Positions 1 to 8,285 of a stretch of DNA of 32,000 bases are shown here, in pieces. The notes beneath the pieces were generated by a model that worked only from the letters and a program-made list of their open reading frames with translations, was not told where the DNA came from and made no database searches. The position numbers and the translations under genes are program-made. Every line of letters starts with the position of its first letter. Position 1 is the stretch's first letter. The DNA comes from Candidatus Saccharimonadota bacterium (GTDB lineage Bacteria; Patescibacteriota; Gracilibacteria; UBA4473). The stretch is from assembly GCA_020632335.1 (NCBI GenBank), contig JACKFV010000001.1:270001-302000 (forward strand). Reading direction: 5' to 3'.

Positions 1-957
1 GACGCGCTGGGGGGGCTGCATGCCTTCATGGGGTGGGAGGGGCCGATTATCACCGATAGTGGCGGCTTCCAGGTCTACTCCCTGCAGCAGAAGAAGATCA
101 CTGATGCAGGGGTGCGGTTTCGCAATCACCTCAATGGGGACGAGCTGTGGCTGGATGCTGAGGAGAGCATGCGGATCCAGCACAGCATCGGCAGTGATGT
201 GCTGATGACCTTTGACGACTGTCCTCCTAGCTTCCCGCGGGATGAGGCCGTCAGTAAGCGCAAGCAGCAGCGGGTCCGTGATGCGCTCACCCGCACACAG
301 GCCTGGGCGGAGCGGTGCTGCCAGTATCACTTTGCGCGCTACCCGCAGACCCTCAGCGTGACGGAGCGGCCCCAGCTCTTCGGTATTGTGCAGGGGGGGT
401 GTGATATCTCGCTCCGCCAACAGAGTCTGGAGGGGCTGCTGCAGCTCCCCTTTGACGGCTATGCCATGGGCGGCCTGGCGGTAGGGGAGCCGCCGGAGGA
501 TATGTACCGCGTGCTCAGCGCCACTATGCCCCTGCTGCCGGTGGAGAAACCCCACTACCTCATGGGGGTGGGCACGCCGCGTGACTTGCTGGAGTGTATT
601 GCTCGTGGGGTGGATATGTTCGACTGCGTGATGCCCATGCGTAATGCTCGCCACGGCACGCTGTTTACCGACGCTGGGGTGCTGAAGGTAACCGCCGCAC
701 GCTATCGCACAGACGAGAAAGTCATAGACCCGCACTGCGACTGCCCTGCCTGCATTGCGGGTTATAGCCGCAGCTATCTGCACCATCTGCTACGGGTGGG
801 CGAGGTAACGGGCCAGCGGCTCTGCACGCTGCATAACCTGCGCTATTACCTGCGGCTGATGGAGGACGCCCGGGCGGAGATACTCGCCCAGCGCTACCAC
901 CCCTGGATGGCCGAGAAACTGGCGGGGTGGGGCTACCCTGTGTACACTGCAGAGTAA
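1..957 (+). CDS. tgt: queuine tRNA-ribosyltransferase (tRNA-guanine transglycosylase), 5' end cut by the window edge
   Basis: Frame 1 is open from base 1, with DALGGLHAF preceding the listed ORF. Tgt hallmarks are present: IITDSGGFQV, MTFDDC, GLAVGE and the zinc site CDCPAC...H near the C-terminus. Confidence 0.92.
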   Translation, partial: DALGGLHAFMGWEGPIITDSGGFQVYSLQQKKITDAGVRFRNHLNGDELWLDAEESMRIQHSIGSDVLMTFDDCPPSFPRDEAVSKRKQQRVRDALTRTQAWAERCCQYHFARYPQTLSVTERPQLFGIVQGGCDISLRQQSLEGLLQLPFDGYAMGGLAVGEPPEDMYRVLSATMPLLPVEKPHYLMGVGTPRDLLECIARGVDMFDCVMPMRNARHGTLFTDAGVLKVTAARYRTDEKVIDPHCDCPACIAGYSRSYLHHLLRVGEVTGQRLCTLHNLRYYLRLMEDARAEILAQRYHPWMAEKLAGWGYPVYTAE

Positions 958-975
958 AGAAAACCCCTGTTACAT

Positions 976-1263
976 CTACCGTATCTCCTCTATCCCCACT
1001 ATCCCCTCACACTGGCGCTGCACACGCTCCAGTATGGCCTCTCGGTGCATCATAAATGCCCCTCGTGCCGCTGCGCTCTGCACCCGTATGCTGATGACCC
1101 CCTCACGGTGCTGCACGGCCACGCACTGCTCTGCCAGTGCGGGGAGTACCTCCGCGATGGCCCTATTACACACCCCACACACCATGATGGCATGGGTCTG
1201 GTGCTGGAGCCCAAACTTCCTCGTGCTCTGGATCAGGTGGCTGGCGGCAAGAGAGAATCCCAT
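976..1263 (-). CDS. DUF721-like small protein
   Basis: The 95-aa ORF follows the DUF721 pattern (...VAVQHREGVISIRVQSAAARGAFMMHREAILERVQ...IEEIR), comparable to 'v..dgvLtv.v.ssawa.eL......il.kln'. It has its own leaderless-type promoter. The overlapping + strand ORFs have junk composition. Confidence 0.5.
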   Translation of the reverse strand: MGFSLAASHLIQSTRKFGLQHQTHAIMVCGVCNRAIAEVLPALAEQCVAVQHREGVISIRVQSAAARGAFMMHREAILERVQRQCEGIVGIEEIR

Positions 1264-1271
1264 ATACCGGC

Positions 1272-1299
1272 ATCATACGCCAGCGCCTTGCGTTGACAA
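1272..1299 (-). promoter_or_regulatory. sigma70-type promoter predicting a leaderless DUF721 mRNA
   Basis: On the minus strand: TTGTCA (1299-1294), 16 nt, TATGAT (1277-1272), 8 nt, then ATG at 1263. No SD is present. Confidence 0.4.
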
Positions 1300-1322
1300 G
1301 TCCTGCCCGGAGGCTCTAGAGT
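1293..1322 (+). promoter_or_regulatory. sigma70-type promoter predicting a leaderless aldolase mRNA
   Basis: TTGACA (1293-1298), 18 nt, TAGAGT (1317-1322), 6 nt, then ATG at 1329. Confidence 0.45.
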
Positions 1323-1328
1323 AAGACT

Positions 1329-2324
1329 ATGCACGATATGTTCACCACCATCGACCACCTCTTCACGCCCGGCAAGGGCATCTTAGCCGCTGATGAGAGC
1401 AAGACGAGCATCGGGAAGCGCTTCCGAGAGCTGGGGATAGCAGACACCCCTGAGCTCCACCGCCAGTACCGCGAGTGTCTTTTCTCGACCCCAGAGCTGG
1501 AGGAGTACATCAGTGGGGTCATCCTCAGCGATGAGACGATCCACCAGACTATGAGCGACGGGACGCCCTTTGCTGCCTCCTTGCAACAGCGGGGGATGCT
1601 CCCGGGCATCAAGGTAGACCGTGGCCTCACGCCCGCAGCACTGAGCGACGCCGAGCAGTGGACCGAGGGCCTGGATGGCCTGAGAGAGCGCCTCCAAGCC
1701 TATAAAGCACTGGGGGCCGTCTTTGCCAAGTGGCGAGCGGTATTCGTCATCAGTGAGAGTACTCCTACGCTCGGCAACCTGCAGGCCAACTGCCAGACCC
1801 TCGCGCGCTATGCGGCCCTGTGTGAAGAGGCGGGCATCGTGCCGATCGTGGAGCCAGAGGTGCTCTATGACGGGACGCACTGCCTCAGCCAGAGCTATGA
1901 AGTGCACGAACAGGTCTGGCGAGAACTGGTGTATCAGCTCTACCAGCAGGGGGTGAGCTTCGAGACGACGATCCTCAAGGCCTCTATGGTACTGAGCGGC
2001 AAGGAGCACCACCATGCTGATGCCGTTGAGGACGTAGCCGCTGCGACCATCCAGGGGCTGAGCCACACGCTGCCGGCATCGCTGGGGGGGGTAGTGTTCC
2101 TCAGTGGTGGGCAGAGCAATGAGCAGGCCTACGCGCACCTGAATGCCATGTGCCGCGACTATACCGGGTTGCCATGGGCCCTCACCTACAGCTATGGGCG
2201 GGCGCTGCATGCCCGTGCTATGGCGGCCTGGGGAGGACAGGAAGCACATATTCCCGCTGCCCAAGAGGCACTGCTAGCCGATGCCCGGGCGTGTAGTCTG
2301 GCCAGCCGGGGGGCACTCAGCTAG
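1329..2324 (+). CDS. fba: fructose-bisphosphate aldolase, class I (Schiff-base type)
   Basis: It carries the GILAADES signature, is collinear with class I aldolases, contains the Schiff-base lysine context ILKASMV, and has a C-terminal ..YSYGRAL motif. Confidence 0.9.
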   Translation: MHDMFTTIDHLFTPGKGILAADESKTSIGKRFRELGIADTPELHRQYRECLFSTPELEEYISGVILSDETIHQTMSDGTPFAASLQQRGMLPGIKVDRGLTPAALSDAEQWTEGLDGLRERLQAYKALGAVFAKWRAVFVISESTPTLGNLQANCQTLARYAALCEEAGIVPIVEPEVLYDGTHCLSQSYEVHEQVWRELVYQLYQQGVSFETTILKASMVLSGKEHHHADAVEDVAAATIQGLSHTLPASLGGVVFLSGGQSNEQAYAHLNAMCRDYTGLPWALTYSYGRALHARAMAAWGGQEAHIPAAQEALLADARACSLASRGALS

Positions 2325-2338
2325 TGCTGTGATGGTCT

Positions 2339-2344
2339 TATAAT
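2339..2344 (+). promoter_or_regulatory. perfect -10 hexamer upstream of the K+ channel gene
   Basis: TATAAT lies 11 nt before ATG 2356. I found no convincing -35, and read-through from the aldolase gene is also possible. Confidence 0.3.
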
Positions 2345-2355
2345 ACCGCAATCTC

Positions 2356-3159
2356 ATGCGACAGTCTCTCTATACCGCGCTCTGGGAGTACACCGGCAAG
2401 CCTGGCAGAGCAGTGGCGTGGGCGCTCTCCTTGCTTATCTTCGTGGCTATTGCGGCCTTTGCGGTCGAGACAACCCCCGTGGGAGCCGCTCACCCGGGGG
2501 TCTTCCGCGTCATTAACTCCGTGCTTTTTGCGCTCTTTGGGCTGGAGTATCTGCTCCGGCTCTATGCTGCGCCAGACCGCTGGCGATTCCTCTTCTCCTT
2601 CACGGGCATGGTGGATTTGCTCGTGGTGGTGGGTTATGGGGGGGTCTTTATGAATGTGGCCTTCCTCCGAGGATTCCGCATTTTACGTATCCTCCAGGTG
2701 ATGCGCCTGGTACGGTATAACGAGGTCATGGGCAACTTCATGCGGGCCTTTCGCGCGTACAGAGACGAGCTGAGTATCTTCGTGGTCACGCTCAGCCTGG
2801 TGCTGCTCTTTAGCTCTAGCATCCTCTATGAGCTGGAGCATACCATTAACCCGGCGTTTGCGTCGCTGCCAGATGCGCTGTGGTGGGCCATTGTGACCAT
2901 CTCCACGGTGGGCTATGGCGATGTGGTGCCCATGACGGTGATCGGTAAGGTCTTCGGCGCGCTCATTATCATCATTGGGCTGAGTACCATGGCGATCATG
3001 ACGGCCATCATCACCAAGGTGTTTCTCGACCACTTCTTCTCAGCAGAGGAGCGCCGAGACATACGCCGGCTGCAGCGCAAAGAGGGGCAAGACGCTATTT
3101 GTCCGCACTGTGGGCTCCTTAAAGATGCAAGCCAAAAGCACCCACTCCCTCCAGAGTAG
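2356..3159 (+). CDS. voltage-gated K+ channel, 6TM Kv/KvAP-like
   Basis: S1-S6 hydrophobic segments are present. S4 reads LRGFRILRILQVMRLVRY with R at every third position (nt 2662-2715). The selectivity filter TVGYGD lies at nt 2905-2922. Confidence 0.88.
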   Translation: MRQSLYTALWEYTGKPGRAVAWALSLLIFVAIAAFAVETTPVGAAHPGVFRVINSVLFALFGLEYLLRLYAAPDRWRFLFSFTGMVDLLVVVGYGGVFMNVAFLRGFRILRILQVMRLVRYNEVMGNFMRAFRAYRDELSIFVVTLSLVLLFSSSILYELEHTINPAFASLPDALWWAIVTISTVGYGDVVPMTVIGKVFGALIIIIGLSTMAIMTAIITKVFLDHFFSAEERRDIRRLQRKEGQDAICPHCGLLKDASQKHPLPPE

Positions 3160-3197
3160 ATGCTTCTTAATAGGCGATAGTATATGCAGCGCTGGCC

Positions 3198-5096
3198 CTA
3201 CTGTTGCACGGGCACCAGGTTTTCGTAGTCCTCCACATACATCTCGGGTATCACTACCGGGTAGCCGAGAGAGGTTGCTGTCATAGGCTCGGCGCTCATC
3301 ATGCTGCCCTCGCGTCGGTCATCGGCCATGATGCCCATACGCTGCCGCAGGGTGTAGTAGGCCTGTTCTTCCTGGCTGGTGTAGGTCTGGCGGTAGCGCA
3401 CCCCACGGAAGGAACGCTGGATCCCCCGCACTCGGCTGCCTCCAATAGGGTAACGGGTGTCATCTATCACGGGCATTGTGGGCATAGTGGTGGGCGCTGT
3501 CATCCCCTCCGGCGCGGGCATCCCCCAGCCAAAGAGCGGCGATACCACCTCCAGGAAGGCCGAAAGTGGCTGAGCCCCCACCGGCGGCGTGATGGTACTG
3601 CGGTAGCGTGGCTCAGTCTTCTGCGTCATGGTGACGGTCAGCGCATCCTTGATAAAGCGCCGTACACCATAGGTATCCTCTACCCCCAGGGTAAAGTCCA
3701 CGATCACGTCTTCATTATTCATGCCCATCTGCAGGCGGTGAATATCCAGCACGTACATATCCGGGTCATAGCTAAAGTTAGATGCCAGGCGGATACTCCC
3801 CTCGTACACCTCATAGGCATCACTGCGGATGAGGTCAATAACCATCAGTGGGAAGCGCTCGGTGTCCTGAATCTTGGGATTATACACCTCTCCGTAGAGT
3901 CTAGCATCTATACGGTTATCGGCCCAGGTGCCCTCCAGCACGGTGTCTTTGTTCTTCTGCACGAGGATGCGGTCAGCGTTGTACTGGAAGAGCATGGTGT
4001 CGCCGTTCATCACCACCGTCGCGCGGAAGAGCTCTGGGGCTATCTCTACCATGAGTGTGCCCTCTACTTCACCCGTGATACCGCTCAGCAGTACGCCGCT
4101 GAGGGTCATCTGGCGCATGTCGCTCTGGTTGATGCGCAGCTCGCCAGAGAAGACCACGGTGGGCTCTGTAGTGGCGATTTGGTCGTCCATACTCTGGAGC
4201 ATCGCCTCCACCATCCCCATCGGGCCAGACATACCGCTCGTCATCAGCCCTGGTACTTGGGCCTGCACAAAGTGCGCGTAGGCCTGCACCATAACGCGAA
4301 TGTTCTGCATCATCTGGACATCTGTCATCTGCACTGGCACGATGATACTGCGTCCATCTCGCGTGAGGTCCCCCGCGCTCTGCAGCAGCGTCATGCTCTC
4401 CAGCGCCGTGCGCATCTGAGTGAGGAAGGTTTCTTGCTGGGCTTTGCTGTCCAGCGCGAGGAGGGCGGTGAGCATCTGGCCCACCAGAGGCGTCATCTCC
4501 GTCGGCATGCCCAGGGCAGCCATGTCGCTCTCGTTCAGCGTGAACCACTGCGCTACGACGCTCTGGTAGCTGTTTTTGCGGTCGCTCGTCCAGCGGGTGA
4601 TCTCGAGTTCTGGGAAGGTAGACTCCAGCTCGCTCACGCGGAAGTAACGGTCATCTCCCTTCTGCAGGAGGTCTGCGTTGGTCTTGAATACCCGATGAGT
4701 ATCCATCTCTCGTGAGGGCATCGCCTCCTCTGAGTAGTCTGCCTCTAGCTGCAGCGCTAGATTCAGCGTGCCGCTGGGCTCCCCATTATAGGCATACTGC
4801 TGGTCATTCTGCGTGAAGGCCGTCTGCTGCAGGCCCATGGTCAGTGCCAGGCGCTCTATATCCGCCTTGTCGTCAAAGGCCCCAGGCATCAGCGAGGCCT
4901 TGAGGTCTGTAGTGCGGTAGTAGTTATCCGGCATCATCGCTACCTGGTGCTCCAGATCAGTCATAATGCTGTCTACCAGCTGGCTGTGGAGGGCGGTGAG
5001 TACCTCGTCACTGGTGCTGGGCATCAGCGGGAGGGCGCTATAAGAGCACCCCGACACCGCTAGCCCCAGAGCCACAAGAAGAGAAAGTCGTTGCAT
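3198..5096 (-). CDS. methionine-rich lipoprotein, function unknown
   Basis: The long minus-strand ORF is listed as 3198-5147 from a TTG start. The ATG at 5096 gives a classical lipoprotein signal, MQRLSLLVALGLAVSGC, with lipobox VSGC. I recognise no domain. Confidence 0.6.
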   Translation of the reverse strand: MQRLSLLVALGLAVSGCSYSALPLMPSTSDEVLTALHSQLVDSIMTDLEHQVAMMPDNYYRTTDLKASLMPGAFDDKADIERLALTMGLQQTAFTQNDQQYAYNGEPSGTLNLALQLEADYSEEAMPSREMDTHRVFKTNADLLQKGDDRYFRVSELESTFPELEITRWTSDRKNSYQSVVAQWFTLNESDMAALGMPTEMTPLVGQMLTALLALDSKAQQETFLTQMRTALESMTLLQSAGDLTRDGRSIIVPVQMTDVQMMQNIRVMVQAYAHFVQAQVPGLMTSGMSGPMGMVEAMLQSMDDQIATTEPTVVFSGELRINQSDMRQMTLSGVLLSGITGEVEGTLMVEIAPELFRATVVMNGDTMLFQYNADRILVQKNKDTVLEGTWADNRIDARLYGEVYNPKIQDTERFPLMVIDLIRSDAYEVYEGSIRLASNFSYDPDMYVLDIHRLQMGMNNEDVIVDFTLGVEDTYGVRRFIKDALTVTMTQKTEPRYRSTITPPVGAQPLSAFLEVVSPLFGWGMPAPEGMTAPTTMPTMPVIDDTRYPIGGSRVRGIQRSFRGVRYRQTYTSQEEQAYYTLRQRMGIMADDRREGSMMSAEPMTATSLGYPVVIPEMYVEDYENLVPVQQ

Positions 5097-5218
5097 AAGA
5101 GGGAGGGTAAAACGCTGGCACTGTAGCATCACCGCAGTAAAGCGCAAGGGAATCTCCGCCCTATTTAGCTTGTAATAGTGGGGGAAATCAGTAGCATATT
5201 TACAATTTTTTCACCACT

Positions 5219-6190
5219 ATGTGGAACCGTTTCATCGCTGTCATGGGGTACTTTTTTCTCTTTTGCCTGCTGCTGCTCATCGCGGGGTATGCCGTCTTCG
5301 GCCATGAGCGCATGGGGAGCGCCATCCGCAGCCTGCTGCTGCCGGAGGTAGCGCCGTCGGAATTCAGCGCCGTGACGCCTGAGGAGATAGCCACCGTGCG
5401 CGCCAAGCTGACTGAAATCCAGCAAGAGAGTGCTGCAGAGGAAGCCCCAGGCGACCCCTACACCGTGTGGAATACCACCATGGAACTCCGCACCGAGAAG
5501 CCCCAAGACAAGCACGAGGCCGTGCGTGAGCTGCTAGCCAATGCCGGCGCGCAGAACCTCAACTCCAACTGCTGGGCGGACTACTACAACCAGGTGGAGG
5601 AGCGTCATGGGCAGGTGCAGTGCAGCGTGAGTGGGAATGTCCCGCTCGAGAACCAAGACCAGCTGGAGAAAGACCTGGCGAGATTTGGGGAAGTGATGAA
5701 CCGCTTCCGTAACAGCTACAGTAACCGTGAGGGCTATAGGTACAACCTGACCGAGCTGGAGTCGCTCTATCGCACACGGCTACTGCTCTTTGAGTCGCTG
5801 AAGGCTAGTGCGCCCGAGTCGGCACTGCTGCTCACCCAGCAACTGACGGACAACCAGCAGCAGATCACCGGTATGGAGCAACAGCGTCGCCAGCAGGATA
5901 TGGAGCGCACGGCACCCTACTTCAACATCACGCTCTACCCCGAGGGCTGGACGGGCGGCTCTGGCCCCATGCCAATGCCCATGCCGGTGGACGAGCCCAT
6001 CTACCGCATAGAGCCCCTGGAAGACGCCGCGGCTATCCTCGACCAGGTGACCGAAATGCTGGACCAAACCGAGCAGGATTTCCTCCCGGTTGAGGACGCT
6101 GGCGATACGCCGGTTACCACTCCTCTAGCCCCAGAAGCGGGCAATAGCACCGGCACCAGCACGATTACTCCCGCACCGTCACGCCGCTAG
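5219..6190 (+). CDS. N-terminally membrane-anchored hypothetical protein with a Gln-rich coiled-coil region and a PMPMPMP tract
   Basis: The 323-aa ORF has an N-terminal TM helix (FIAVMGYFFLFCLLLLIAGYAVF). The antisense ORFs have junk composition. No family is recognised with confidence. Confidence 0.55.
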   Translation: MWNRFIAVMGYFFLFCLLLLIAGYAVFGHERMGSAIRSLLLPEVAPSEFSAVTPEEIATVRAKLTEIQQESAAEEAPGDPYTVWNTTMELRTEKPQDKHEAVRELLANAGAQNLNSNCWADYYNQVEERHGQVQCSVSGNVPLENQDQLEKDLARFGEVMNRFRNSYSNREGYRYNLTELESLYRTRLLLFESLKASAPESALLLTQQLTDNQQQITGMEQQRRQQDMERTAPYFNITLYPEGWTGGSGPMPMPMPVDEPIYRIEPLEDAAAILDQVTEMLDQTEQDFLPVEDAGDTPVTTPLAPEAGNSTGTSTITPAPSRR

Positions 6191-7375
6191 GGGGCTACTC
6201 ATGAGCTGCTGGTAGAGGCGTTTGCGCGTGTCGCTGAGGCTGTAGTGCTGCTCGACAAAAGTCCTGCCATACCGCGTGTAGGGCGCATAGAGACCGAAGT
6301 GCTCCTGTATATGCAGGAGTTTTTCGGCCAGGTGCTCGGGCGACTGGGGCACGATGAGCGACGGCAACTCCTCCCCATGCTGCTGCACGGCATAGCGCAT
6401 GAACTGCTCCACGATCTCCCTGGGGCCGTGCTCGTCATAGGTGAGCACCAGTTTATTCAGGCTCAGCGCCTCGAGGACCACCCGGCCGAAGGCTTCCTCC
6501 CGCTGGGGCAGCGTCACGAGCATATCCGCCACGAGGATCTCCTCATATGGGGCATCGGTCTCGGGGTCAAAGTGCACCGTCGGCAGCTGCCACTTGGCCT
6601 GGAAGTCCTGCATCTGCTGCCAGTAATCAGCGCACTTGGGGTCACTCATAAACCGTGCCCCCACGAAATGAAAGGCCATATCAGCAGTGCTGCTGGCCAG
6701 TATGCGCGCCGCACAGAGCATATCCAGCTGCCCCTTCTGCGGGTCATAGCGGCCGAGCATGAGCACCCGCTGCAGGCGCTCTGGTGGCAGTGGCGAGGGC
6801 ACGCGAGTAAGGTCTACACCGTTCTCGATGATGCGCAGCTTGCGCTCGTTATCTACCCCCAGGTAGGGGCGGATCTGCTCAGCAAAGCGGAGATTGACGC
6901 AGATGATGGTATCTGCCTGGGCAAAAATCATACGGTTGATGGTGTGGTGCAGGCCCTCCCACGCGGCCTTCTGCGTGACCATATCGTGCATGATGAGGCT
7001 CCAGTGGGCGCGCATACCGCCAAATAGTCGTGCCATCAGGACGATAAAGTGCCCCCGCGCGGTGTTGCTCAGCACCTGGCTGACGTGCTCCTGACGGACT
7101 ATCCTGGCTAGCCGCAGCCCCGCACGGAGGATCTGCAGGCTGCTGAGGGCCTTGCGAATAACCCCGCCCTTCACTGACGGGAAGGGAAAGCCAGTGTCTA
7201 CAATGAGGTACTCGTTGAGGCCCTGGCGGTAGCGCGGGCTCTTGCCCCCGAGGACGGTCAGCCCGAGAGCCCGCACGTCGCTCTCACTGAGGCTGAGGAG
7301 AAAGTCCTGCATATAGAGTTCGGCCCCGCCCATGATCTCTGCTTGGTCGAGGATGAGGGTCTTGCGGCGCTTCAT
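6179..7375 (-). CDS. glycosyltransferase, GT-B fold, family 4 like
   Basis: The N-terminus has a GGAE nucleotide-sugar motif (IMGGAELY). The C-terminus has an E-x7-E-type motif (EAFGRVVLEALSLNKLVL). The length is typical for GT4. Confidence 0.8.
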   Translation of the reverse strand: MKRRKTLILDQAEIMGGAELYMQDFLLSLSESDVRALGLTVLGGKSPRYRQGLNEYLIVDTGFPFPSVKGGVIRKALSSLQILRAGLRLARIVRQEHVSQVLSNTARGHFIVLMARLFGGMRAHWSLIMHDMVTQKAAWEGLHHTINRMIFAQADTIICVNLRFAEQIRPYLGVDNERKLRIIENGVDLTRVPSPLPPERLQRVLMLGRYDPQKGQLDMLCAARILASSTADMAFHFVGARFMSDPKCADYWQQMQDFQAKWQLPTVHFDPETDAPYEEILVADMLVTLPQREEAFGRVVLEALSLNKLVLTYDEHGPREIVEQFMRYAVQQHGEELPSLIVPQSPEHLAEKLLHIQEHFGLYAPYTRYGRTFVEQHYSLSDTRKRLYQQLMSSPLAA

Positions 7376-7381
7376 GCCGGC

Positions 7382-7409
7382 ATTCTAGAGCGTGCCCACA
7401 GGGTGTAAA
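7382..7409 (-). promoter_or_regulatory. sigma70-type promoter predicting a leaderless GT4 mRNA
   Basis: On the minus strand: TTTACA (7409-7404), 16 nt, TAGAAT (7387-7382), 6 nt, then ATG at 7375. Confidence 0.45.
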
Positions 7410-7433
7410 GGGGGGAGAATATGCTCTGAGAAC

Positions 7434-7461
7434 TTGACAGATACCCCCTGGGGTATAGATT
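7434..7461 (+). promoter_or_regulatory. sigma70-type promoter predicting a leaderless mRNA for the CsoR-like gene
   Basis: TTGACA (7434-7439), 16 nt, TAGATT (7456-7461), 6 nt, then ATG at 7468. An alternative -10, TATAGA, lies at 7454-7459. Confidence 0.45.
7441..7456. promoter_or_regulatory. candidate CsoR-family operator (inverted repeat)
   Basis: ATACCCC-CT-GGGGTAT has perfect 7-bp arms and sits exactly between the -35 and -10 of the repressor gene's own promoter. It resembles the ATACCC...GGGTAT C/G-tract operators known for CsoR-type repressors. Confidence 0.5.
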
Positions 7462-7467
7462 CCTCGC

Positions 7468-7707
7468 ATGGACTGCAAGCAGCTCACCACGCATATTGCC
7501 CGGCTGGAGGGGCAGCTCCGCGCGCTACGGACGCAGATAGAGACCGAGCAGAGCTGTACGCACATTGTGCCCCTGGCGCTGGCGGCGGCCAAGTCCTTTG
7601 ACTCGCTCCGGGCCAAGATGCTGGAGCACTACGTCAGTACGCAGCTGTGCCTGCCAGAGTCACACCAAGAGCAGCTCCAGCAGATGCTCAAGCTCGCTAA
7701 AGCCTAG
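7468..7707 (+). CDS. CsoR/RcnR/FrmR-family (DUF156) metal- or thiol-sensing transcriptional repressor
   Basis: The 79-aa all-helical ORF contains RLEGQLRALRTQIE..SC...LEHYVSTQLC, which is collinear with the CsoR segment RIEGQIRGL....C....H...C. A palindromic operator lies in its own promoter. Confidence 0.65.
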   Translation: MDCKQLTTHIARLEGQLRALRTQIETEQSCTHIVPLALAAAKSFDSLRAKMLEHYVSTQLCLPESHQEQLQQMLKLAKA

Positions 7708-7725
7708 ATATATTGTTCCCTCCCT

Positions 7726-8265
7726 ATGCCCTACGGTAGTGTTATCCCCGGTCTGGAGATCCATGGTGTGAGCGCGCCATACCCAGTGGTGAACGAGCGG
7801 GCCATTCGCGCCACTGCGGGGCTCATGCTCGTCATTGGGCTCAGTACCTTCTGGTATGTTTTCTTGACCAAGGACTACACCCCTATGCCCTATGTAGTGG
7901 GGGCCTTCTGGCTGGATTTTTTCCTCAAAACCGTCCTTGGCCCGCAGTGGAGCTACTTTGGGCTCATCGGCCGGTGGCTGGTGCGGGGGCAACGCGCCGA
8001 GTATGTGGGAGCCGTACAGAAGCGCTTTGCGTGGGGGATGGGCCTGCTGATGGCCAGCGCGATGCTGGTAGTGGGCGTCTGGCTAGAGATACGCGGCATA
8101 GCCCCCATGGCCATCTGCCTGACCTGTCTCTTCTTTATGTGGCTGGAGAGCGCTGCCGGAGTCTGCGTAGGGTGTAAGATCTACAACGGGCTGGTCAAGC
8201 GCGGTATCCTCCCCAGGCCACAGCACCAGCCCGCGTGCCCTGGCGGGAGCTGTAGTATTTCTTAG
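7726..8265 (+). CDS. DUF4395-like four-TM membrane protein with a Cys-rich C-terminus
   Basis: It has about four hydrophobic helices, a KRFAWG motif and a terminal GVCVGCKIY, which resembles the DUF4395 pattern 'prFAq...GfClGCe.Y'. It also carries an extra ACPGGSCS tail. Confidence 0.5.
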   Translation: MPYGSVIPGLEIHGVSAPYPVVNERAIRATAGLMLVIGLSTFWYVFLTKDYTPMPYVVGAFWLDFFLKTVLGPQWSYFGLIGRWLVRGQRAEYVGAVQKRFAWGMGLLMASAMLVVGVWLEIRGIAPMAICLTCLFFMWLESAAGVCVGCKIYNGLVKRGILPRPQHQPACPGGSCSIS

Positions 8266-8285
8266 GAGCGGGAGAGCTGCTCTCT

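Noticed and set aside
3204-4715. A 503-aa ORF on the plus strand, opposite the Met-rich lipoprotein gene.
   Set aside because: Its composition is His/Arg/Gly/Leu-rich with no structure (HRLGAHHAALASVIGHDAH...). The minus-strand ORF is longer and begins with a textbook lipoprotein signal peptide. The two cannot both be favoured, and the minus frame is the better supported.
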